A stretch of 64,000 nucleotides of DNA, taken from NCBI GenBank assembly GCA_965644295.1, contig CBFFRP010000058.1, forward strand, positions 124,001 to 188,000, read 5' to 3'. Numbering within the stretch: the stretch's first letter is position 1; every line of letters begins with the position of its first letter. The stretch is from Paraphysomonas bandaiensis. Taxonomy: Eukaryota > Protista > Chrysophyceae. A program made the translations under genes and the position numbers. Positions 54,178-64,000 of this stretch are shown here, in pieces. Below the pieces are notes generated by a model that had not been told where the DNA came from, searched no databases, and saw nothing but the letters and a program-made list of their open reading frames with translations.

Positions 54178-55156
54178 TGATGCTGAGTATGAGTTCACAT
54201 TATTCGGTATCTGTGTGGCCAATGACCGAGGTAATGCGTCAAACTTTCCTCATGGATGCATGGCAATGGCAATGATGTGATTAGACCTGTCATGTCTTCT
54301 CACACGTCTACTGCCTAGTCTTGGTTTCTCCTGACCCAGGTCATTGAGATTATATCAAGGCTCTGGCACTACTGTTCTCCAAGCAGTGTCAGGTACATTT
54401 GTGGTGCTTTTATGTTATTCTTGCTTAGTAGGTTTTCATCCGAGCGGGGAAGGTGCACGGTTTCCTACTAGTTTAAGTCACTCGGGAGAAGAGTGCAAGG
54501 TGGATGCATGTGCTGGACGAGTGCACACAATGGAGGGAAGACATTGAAGTCAGCTTGAATTTGTAACAGATTTTGGTAGATGTCTGTTTCATGCGTCAGT
54601 GTGCAAAATTGTACCAGTGAGACCGCTTCGTGACCGTGGGAGGACCCGGCGCTAGAGCTACTTTATTCTCCCTTCCAGACTACCTGCTGCTGTGAACACC
54701 ACCTTGAAGAGGGCACTAAAGATCTGCCGCATATACAGGAGACATATATGCCGACGACACCGACCGCAAGTTGTTTGTGTTAGGACAAGTAGATTGGGCA
54801 GGAGCGTATGATCCGGCTTAAACACGCAACTCGTCGTATGCCCATGTAGCTAACTAAATCGTGTTGTATAGTTGAGCACTTGTCGGTGCATGCAATAGTA
54901 ACTAGATGAGAGTCATGGTATGCATAGTGTCGCGCGAGTTGTTAGGGTGGTCGCGGCAACGCACAAGCTTGCGCTTCTTAATAATCTGACATTCAATAAT
55001 GTTCTACAATGGACATTCCCTAAAATCTTGGGTAAAGATATCATTTGTTTGATATATAGCCTCTTTATATAATACCCGTGTAAATATATATATATATCCC
55101 ATGTTGTATCCAGAGCCAATCAGAACTGTGGAGGTATGAAATTGTTGTAATACGGT

Positions 55157-55564
55157 CCCTCAACAAAGTCGGACTCGCACCTTTTCGTGGTGTACTGTAG
55201 AATAAAGTACCGGAGATATTTTTTCAAGAAACTAACGTGAGCCACAGAATATATAGGCAGCAGATAATACTTCTGTGGACGTCTTTGGGCCTTGACGAAT
55301 AAACAGGATTGGGCCCACCTCAAGGGCATCCGGGGTATTGGGCTGCCAGCTGAAGTCAAGCGTCCGGGCTGCTCACATTAAGGATTCAAAAATCCTGATC
55401 TCAGCTGATGCCAGGTATATATCAACATTCTGTTTGCTAACTGCGTTTGCTTTGAGTGATAGAACGAAAGTGGTTGCACATTCGTAGCGTTAAATAGTCA
55501 GAGTTTATTACTATAGTTCTGAGTCTTAAACGCCTACCGCTACTCATAACAGGACATTCACTAC
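55157..55564 (+). mobile_element. Family A short retroposon, near full length
   Basis: Starts ccctcaacaaagtcggactcgcacc and ends ggacattcactac; possible degenerate TSD gtaatacggt/gtaatttggt. Confidence 0.78.
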
Positions 55565-56420
55565 AAAATCGTAATTTGGTACAAGTGTATGTTCTGTCCC
55601 AGCAATACCGAGTATCTCTACTTTTTGGCTTAAATGATAGGCATATGAATAGAGTTCAGCCCAACATCTTGGGTATCGTTTGAGCCACTACCCATTTCCA
55701 TCATTAAACAAGCCTGCCCGAATTTTAATATTTTACACGTGAGTCACACAATTTTTAGTCTTTGCCACACAGTAATGAATGTCCGGCTAATACAATAATA
55801 ATATATTGTTATGGTGAAAAAGACTATAGAAGTGATATAGAACAGTTCAATTCGTTTTGGCCCGGCAGTGATTTGTAAAATAAATTTTATGCTTATTGTG
55901 ACAATGCTGGTATTAATAAAAATTACGTTACTTATTGATTTACTGTAGATTCTGTGAGCCACCAGCTAGCGAATTGTACGTGAATGGTAACACACCTTTT
56001 GATGCCATAATATACTAAGTGTGTTACTAAGTGTGAATAGAAGTAAGTGTTACTAAGTATCACTATACTAAATGATGGTATAATAATTAGATTAGATTAT
56101 GAATAGTTAGAATGTATGGTTGTGTCTAAATGTTTGAATGAATTAGACAATTAGACTACACCAGGGCTAGGGAACAATATATTGTAATAATATCGTAATC
56201 ATCGCATTGTGTACCGAATACTTAAATGGATAATAACTTTACACTTTACACCCTGCTCATGTAATTATATATATGTGAAATGCTTGTGCATTGAGAGTGC
56301 TTGACACTAAACACGTGAATTTCTGACAGAGTATTCGTGTTTTACGGGCTGACCAATACATTCAATGCTCACAGTGTACTGTATGTCAGAGATATACTGT
56401 AGTTGCGCCGATGCTCACAA

Positions 56421-59400
56421 TTACACAAACTCATTATTACGTAAGAGTTCTCTTAAAAATACTGTGGCATAGCACCCAGATTTTAAGAAAAAATTAAGCC
56501 TTAGACATAAGTCATTTCGACTAGAACTATCAGAACTACAAGTCTGTGCATCCACCTCGTCCATTGACTTTTCGATCTGGACACTACCATTTGAGTGGCT
56601 TGTCTGTCAATAACATCATTAGCATAAATTATCAGAATATTAATCCATTCGTTCGAATGGCAGCAGCATGCATAGGTAAAAGCCACAGTGTACATATATT
56701 ACCAGGAGCGGTCTGTAGCATCCCTTGACCGGTGACATTATACAGCCTAGAGAGAGCTTCGCAAATACAAACGCGAGCCCTCTGTTTACGCGGCAGGTTA
56801 TCGTGCAAGCGCATGGAATGGAATTAGATTCCACTCGTCCGTGTTTGAGTGGTGGTTTTTCTTCAGGGCATACGTGCATAGTGCGACACCCCCCCCTGAC
56901 GCATGCACCACAGCAGGAGGAGGAGAAAGAATCGTCAATCTACACAATATATTCAACTCTGAAAATCAAAATAATGCACAACGGCACCTCAGTGTCTTGT
57001 ACACAGCTATAACGAAGCAATGATTCAGATTCAAGGAGACTGAGATAATACCTGAATGAGCGAATTATCAATGCCAGATACGATTCGAAGTAGAAATACA
57101 AGCCCCACAGCGTATTTAACGAAGTCAATGCAATACACACAGCTCATATACACGACTGAAAAAGTAACGCACCTTCCGACGTCATTCTCTGGATACATAT
57201 GCCACCCTTTGCCAATCATAGGCAACACCACCTCGCCATTACTATCAGTGATATCATTTCCACCATTGCAGCTCGAATGGAAAATAGACATCTCTCCATC
57301 AGAAGTACAAACGACATCGCCCTCATATGCAGGGTACAAGCTATCCCTAACCTGTTCACTTTCCCGTCGTAGTGCTACACTTGCTACGTTATTCCATATC
57401 CATGACTGGTATGCACTCATCCACATCTGTTTACTTGTGTATGGTATCTCTTGCAATGCCTTCGAACAGCCTTCATACCATCCCTCTCTTGTCCACTGTG
57501 CATCTCTAGTTGGTTTATAACGTATTAATCCTCTCAAGATGCCTTTCTCTCTACTCATATTGGCCGGAAAAGTATGCAGAACTCGTGATAGAGCTGCTCC
57601 TCGTATAAAGAGCTCTCTTGCAGCACTGATTGGTCCCTCTGAGTAATTTACCTTAATATCAGTCTGTTCACTTGCAGCGCAAGGCACACAAACGTCCGGC
57701 CCACAGTCTCTCCCCATGATGATAGCAACCACTGCGCTGACTGGATTATTCAGCAGCAAATACTTCCCTATAATAGGACCATTTGGGGGTCGATTAGATG
57801 CTTCCAAAGCGTCCTTGGAATGCTGCGATATCACCCCCATTCGCTGAGAGCCAAAGTAGTTCGGATGTCTACGCAACCGCAGAAGCTCCATATTATCACT
57901 TACGATTTTGTCCAGACTAGCTGTATCCGTGACGCAGTCTATTGTATCACTCCTAATTCCTCTCAGACGAATACTAAATCTATTACCACCCAACTCTCCT
58001 CTTTTGATGTTTCTGTCATGTCTATACTCAATACCACCTACTTTCATACCTTGATATGCTGCATTTACGTTTCCGCTTCCACACTTAAGGTCATCCAGAT
58101 ACGCAGAAATTCCAGGAGTAGATAGGGAAAGCAAACGTTTCTGTGCGTTTCGTAATGCTCTCTCGTATATATTACCATTCTGTGCATTACAGTGATTGTC
58201 TACAGCAGTTTCATAGCTAGATGCGAGAGAACGGAGGAGGTTGACATCAGATAGGTCGACACATACACTCATACGCTGCGCTGTTATTCCCCTACGATCT
58301 TTAACCCCAGCTTGAGAAATATGGTTGGTTGATACACCAAGAACATCGCTGATTCGACTACAAACTTCCATGTGTTCCAGATTCACCTTAATCACTGTGA
58401 ACCATATAAACCATCTCAGGCACTCCGAATTTCCTTTGTCGTTAGATTTAGTCACATCAGGTACTGGACACGACGTGCTACAATCTCTTTCTCGTTTCAC
58501 ACCGGACGACACTGTCGCCGGCAAAAGGGGCCTTTTTTTCTGATTTCTTGAAGATTTCCAGAACACCTTCATGTGTTTCTGCGCCCATTATAAGTGTGTG
58601 AATTACAAAGGCAGAAATACATGTAGACAGAACCATGTATCTAGGCCACTCACTTTATCGCCAACACATATAGTCTTGGAGTCTATCTGCCGATGAAGTT
58701 TCTGCATGTATCGAAATACTTCTGTTCTCTGAGATTTATTGAGATTTTTCCCGATATACATGCAGGTATCTGGAGTTGGTCCACATTTCATGTATATGTA
58801 CAAATCCTTCGCATCCGAAGGATCAAGACCTAGTTTCACCAGAACAAAGGGAGTTTCACTTGGCGATACTACAATTGCACTAAGTGTTTCTTTATTATCC
58901 GCTGAAGTAGAGAGATACGGAAAATTGGATTTCACATAACTATGTATGCTACGTTTAAGAATTCTGTCATTCGGCACGTCGATAGACACAGATTGAGGAG
59001 ATGATGAAGTTTCAGAGGAGTTAAGAGCTGAAAAACACATTATGATATCTAATTTGATACATATACTAACATATACTAACTCATATATCATATATATATG
59101 CAGTGTATGTCTACAATACATCACATATACATCTCATATGCAGTATCTACATACATACATACATACATACATACATACATTCAATACAGAATGTATTCAT
59201 ATCTTTAAGTCGTTGAAGTTGATATTCTCCAATATATTCTTCAACATCTTCATCAGATCTTATTTCTTTATTCAGATCTAAAGAATAAAGGGCTGGTTTA
59301 TATGATATTGAGGGTACAGGTGTATTATACGAGGATGTCTCATATAGATCACATACAGAGCCATCCTGCGTCACTTCTTCGACAATGAAATCATGTGGAT

Positions 59401-59476
59401 ATTTCTTTAATATGCCTGTAAAAGAATGAGGCGAAATATCTTTGGTGAAGATATCTGGGTGGATGTTTATATTCAT
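56421..59476 (-). CDS. PUS7: Pseudouridine synthase, TruD/PUS7 family; spliced
   Basis: FTGILKKYPHDFIVEEV, AGVKDRRGITAQ (catalytic Asp), GNRFSIRLR, NYFGSQRMG, SAYQSWIWN, GCYRPLL and C-terminal FFLKSGCYATVFLRELL (stop 56421-56423). Confidence 0.92.
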
Positions 59477-59518
59477 ATCTGTATATGTATATGTGAATTA
59501 TGAACAACAACAATGAGC

Positions 59519-60220
59519 TATGTATGTATGTATGTATGTATGTATGTATGTATGTATGTATGTATGTATGTATGTATGTATGTATGTATGTATGTATGTA
59601 TGTATGTATGTATGTATGTATGTATGTATGTATGTATGTATGTATGTATGTATGTATGTATGTATGTATGTATGTATGTATGTATGTATGTATGTATGTA
59701 TGTATGTATGTATGTATGTATGTATGTATGTATGTATGTATGTATGTATGTATGTATGTATGTATGTATGTATGTATGTATGTATGTATGTATGTATGTA
59801 TGTATGTATGTATGTATGTATGTATGTATGTATGTATGTATGTATGTATGTATGTATGTATGTATGTATGTATGTATGTATGTATGTATGTATGTATGTA
59901 TGTATGTATGTATGTATGTATGTATGTATGTATGTATGTATGTATGTATGTATGTATGTATGTATGTATGTATGTATGTATGTATGTATGTATGTATGTA
60001 TGTATGTATGTATGTATGTATGTATGTATGTATGTATGTATGTATGTATGTATGTATGTATGTATGTATGTATGTATGTATGTATGTATGTATGTATGTA
60101 TGTATGTATGTATGTATGTATGTATGTATGTATGTATGTATGTATGTATGTATGTATGTATGTATGTATGTATGTATGTATGTATGTATGTATGTATGTA
60201 TGTATGTATGTATGTATGTA
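59519..60220. repeat. ~700-bp perfect (TATG)n microsatellite
   Basis: About 175 uninterrupted units, directly visible. Confidence 0.97.
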
Positions 60221-60663
60221 CGTACACATTATACATACAGGACAGGCTGAAAACTGAAAACCCTATTAAGATTTGCCTTCAGGTCAAGTGTTGTATGTTG
60301 TATGCATATACTCATGCAATCCTCTATGTATTGATCTCTATATTTTTTCCATACTGGAAAAACAACTAGAAGAAGGAGCTAAGAGTTTAGTATGTAGAAT
60401 TACTATCATATCATTAATTTCCATACGATCATTGTAGTGAATTCATAGTCAATATCATAGTATTGTTATTAACTAAGAATATCATTACATACGTGTGGAG
60501 ATTATCTATCTATCTATCTATACATATATATATACAATACATTCAATATCTATATAACTGTGAATCTATTCATATATCATACTATGAATTATTAAATAAG
60601 ATATCAATAACATCATTTGACTTATAGATATCAATCTTTATATCTGTTACGAAATCTTTCAAT

Positions 60664-63414
60664 ATGGAAGTGGTAAGTAATGTATGTATGTATATGATGA
60701 CTATGCATGTATGTATATATGTATATGGTGGGTGTATGTATATATATGATGGGTTTGTATGTAGGATAAAGGAGTTACTACAAGTGATGAACCTTCCAAT
60801 CAACAAATGGCCACAGATGAAGTGGAGTTGTTGCATGTACTCTTCAGAAATATGTTTACAAAGGAGTTCATTGAGTCTGATGACTACATGAAATCTAACA
60901 TGAATTCTTGGATGTCTATATCAGTGGAAGCCGTTGCTAAGGTAATGGCATACTAATGTACTGTACTACTCCTTATGGCTACACAGTATCCTAAGGTTCT
61001 GGATATCACTACTGATCTCGACATCGTTTGCCGAGCGTTAAAAACCTCAAATGTATGTTGCTATATACATGATCTTGGCATCGATAATTATCCTATGTAG
61101 AGCGTTATAGTTACAGATGATCACGTACGACCGAATATCAAAACTGAGCAACACACTATCATATTGAGGGATGTGGAGAGTGGTGTTACTGATGCCGACG
61201 TACGAGATGCCTTTATAAGTGTGTCATGTCCCCCAATAGTAGGATGCCGGAGTGAAATGAACAGCACATGGTGAGAAAGCAGCCATCTTAATTTTGACAT
61301 GTTATGAGTGCGCATCCATGAATTTTGTAGGTTTGTAACATTTGCTTCTGAATCGGATGCACGAGTGGCACTGACGAACATACGAGGCGCCAAGTTAGGA
61401 GGTCAGCCGATTCGGGCGAGACTAAAGACCGAATCGATGAATAAGTCGTTCTACGAGTATGTCGTTGTCAATATATGTTCGATATATGTGTAGTGGTAGA
61501 TGTACACGGTGCTGTTTCGTAGTATATATGCACAATTCATATGATGTTGTCTAGACAGCTTTCTGATGTACGTTGCAAATTATATAGACACAGTTCTAGT
61601 AAATCGTCTGGAAGTGCTGCTGGTGGTCCCGGGCCTTTTGTCGACGTTAGTGTAAGTCCCGCCAATTCAACATCTGAGTACTACCGCTCGCCAGCCCCAG
61701 CCTCCCACCAGTCCCCTGGCGCAACTGGACAAAGTCCACTTCCTCCGTCTCCTCATCATGCGCCATCAGTCCCAGGACCAGGTGCTGCTGTCCCACCGCC
61801 TCTTGGTCTCACCGGTCCTTCTGGGCCGTTCTACATGCCGATGCCCATGCCGGGGATGCAGACCGGCAGTCCCGTATTTATGGGAGGAGGAATGTGGAGT
61901 CCAATGCACCAAATGATGATGCCCATGCATTCACCAATGCCCAACACTGGCACGGGTAAAGGAAAAGGCAAGAAAGGCTCTCCACGGAACCCTCACGGCC
62001 ATTCGGGAAATGCCACTGGACACTATGGGGGCAAACCGACGTCCCCTCGTGGTATGCATGGCCAGAAGCAGTACCAGCAACCTATAGGTGGCGCGCCATT
62101 CCCGATGTATGGCGTCCCCCCTCCGTATTATGGGGTACCCGGACCCATGTTTTACCCCCCTGTTCCCCTTTCTCCCCAAGTATATGATGAGTCGGTAACC
62201 CCTACAGTCCAGATTCCATCACCTCCACAGCGTGAGAATGGGGAGCGCCGAAGAGGAGGATCTGAAGGTCAGTGGTCTAATAAGGATGAGACAGGTAAGG
62301 TCTCGCCTAAGGAGCGTTGGGGTAAGAAGAAGACCCCCAAGAATAAGAAAAAAGACAAGAGCACTGGAGATGGGGAATATAAACAGCAATCAGAGGGATT
62401 TGATCGTCGCCGCAGGGACGGGGGTAAAGGTAAAGATGAAGGCAATGGCAAGGATACTAAGGGTAGGGGAATAGATAAAAGTGGGCGGGGTAGCAATCGA
62501 CCCAATAAAACGTCTACTAAAACAGAACCTCAGTTTAATCTCGAGTCTGACTTTCCCACCCTTGTATGTGGTTATTGTTAAGTATTTACTTTGATGATTG
62601 TATTTTCTTGTAGCGAACCTCTGGCACGAGTGGCGGCTCGATGGGCGTGCAGATGTCCGGAGGTTATGTGCAACTTGTGTAGCTCCAAGTGTCTTAACCT
62701 GTGTATGTATCTGTCCGTGTAGGCGTCACGTGGGCTGCTGCGATTATGAAAGCACCGGTGCCGGCCTCACATTGTGAGGATTCGGAGGAGGGAGGTGCTG
62801 ACCATTTGGATCCTAATGTACCCGTATGTGAGTCACAGGAAGCGGAAGGAAGTGAATACTTGTCTTCGAATGCTGCCGAGTTAGGATGTCACACTACTGA
62901 TGAGATGAACCCACCAGCATCAAGCGTGCCTATCATAACCCATAGTCCTGGAAGTCAATCACCACATTCTACTGCGCCCACTGCGTCTATTTCTGGGGCA
63001 GTGAATGATTCTAATCATGTAGTGAAACCGCTTGGCAACGGAGTAACCGGGGGAAACCCTATTACGGAAGGTTGTTGAATGTAAAATATGACGACTTCAA
63101 GCTCATTGCATTTGTAGTGGTTAGTGAAGTCAGTCAGCATAACACTGCCACGCCAACATTTGAACCCGTTACCACCCATTCGGATGCAAGTGTAACTGTT
63201 GATCCTTCTCCAGATGCTTCATCTGCATCTCCTTCGACAGAGAAATGTAATGCTCATATGAGCCCTACTCCTGAATCGTCAGTTGCAAATAATGAGCACT
63301 CAGAGGGAAGGTCATGGGGGGGGAAAATGTCTTTTCTAGATGTAAGTGACATATGCAATAATAGTTTGTCCATGTTATTTTTCTGCATAGGTGGTTCGCA
63401 GAGGCCGGTCGTAG
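60664..63414 (+). CDS. La-related protein (LARP4-like): La motif + RRM, Pro/Met-rich region, PAM2-like motif; spliced
   Basis: FTKEFIESDDYMKSNM..VAK|YPKVLDITTDLDIVCRALKTS, HVRPNIKTEQHTIILRDV..STW|FVTFASESDA..IRARLKTE, PQFNLESDFPTL, and C-terminal SWGGKMSFLD|VVR. Confidence 0.8.
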
Positions 63415-64000
63415 ATATTCGGGAAATCAGGGTGTGGTGACAGCTTGAATGCTGAAGTTAACAGATGCATACTATTCATTCTATAAAACGAATATGAATT
63501 GTGTTAGTTTTTGTTCACGTATATGACAATCATGATAGCGTTGTAGCCTTTACATGTCACGGTGAGATTAGGACTGATAGTTGCTGACAAGACTATATTA
63601 TATGGTAGAGTAGTAAACAGCAAAAGTTTTCGTAGCAATGTAGGTATTTTGTAGCTGTTTCTAGCAAAGTCATAATTAATAGTCATAAGATAATTGTGTT
63701 TACTGAATCATGAGAGATACTTGTTGTGAAGTGCACAGTTGCCACTCCCTTTTTGTATAGATGTAATTATTTAGAAAATATACTTGAGTTTTCCTTTTGT
63801 ATTCTTAATACAAAACCAGCAAATTTCTCTACCAACAATCTACAAACGTAGTATACGTACTAAGTAGTAGATTTTCAACATCATGAAGATATATCCAAGT
63901 ACTAAGTACAGGTGCAAGAGTCATGTACATTCAATATTCGAAATATATGCCCATATAAACTTGTAACCTCAGTGTTGCGCAACAGTATACATATTGCTGC

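Noticed and set aside
54505-54535. VLDECTQ resembling a helicase Walker B motif
   Set aside because: Isolated 7-aa match with no Walker A and no sustained ORF.
53785-55564. Direct repeats flanking ~1 kb, resembling an LTR element or TRIM (likewise 25431..26807)
   Set aside because: No TG..CA termini, PBS or PPT. The copies differ by large indels, the internal regions are unrelated, and the family shows 5' truncation with variable TSDs.
59391-60369. Long ORFs of YIHT/MYVC repeats (also 5787..6310)
   Set aside because: Translations of stop-free (TATG)n microsatellites, not genes.
1-64000. CRISPR arrays, tRNA/rRNA genes, alternative genetic code
   Set aside because: No repeat-spacer arrays or recognisable structural RNA genes were seen. 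The in-frame stops I examined in intact genes are explained by canonical introns.

Overview
Gene-dense eukaryotic nuclear DNA with short (mostly 50-140 nt) GT-AG introns, read in the standard code. Gene content and architecture suggest a stramenopile or similar protist (inference). About 14 protein genes, mostly in divergent pairs separated by AT-rich (TA/TATG)-type spacers: Sec7-PH ArfGEF with a C-terminal ACBP-like domain, cis-prenyltransferase, syntaxin-5, GT41/OGT-like glycosyltransferase, SAP-domain protein, a PH-LRR-PH-MyTH4-FERM protein, a tandem-CH protein, a class-III aminotransferase, PUS7/TruD and a LARP4-like protein. The main highlight is a head-to-head pair of 8-TM microbial rhodopsin-histidine kinase-receiver genes (18.6-24.9 kb). 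Both keep the retinal Lys but have an unusual helix C (Asn/Ser at the BR R82/D85 positions). One has the phospho-His and the other a His->Tyr pseudokinase, and they share near-identical patches. Second, a family of short non-autonomous retroposons begins with a decayed HDV-like (L1Tc/Pr77-type) ribozyme fold, and its 5'-truncated copies carry TSDs. Other findings: a ~137-bp element sitting ~90-120 bp upstream of three unrelated start codons, an intron-bearing aminotransferase that looks actinobacterial (candidate HGT), an apparently circularly permuted PH domain, a decayed hAT transposon with a derived MITE, and a local partial gene duplication. All exon structures were inferred by eye; no database searches were run.
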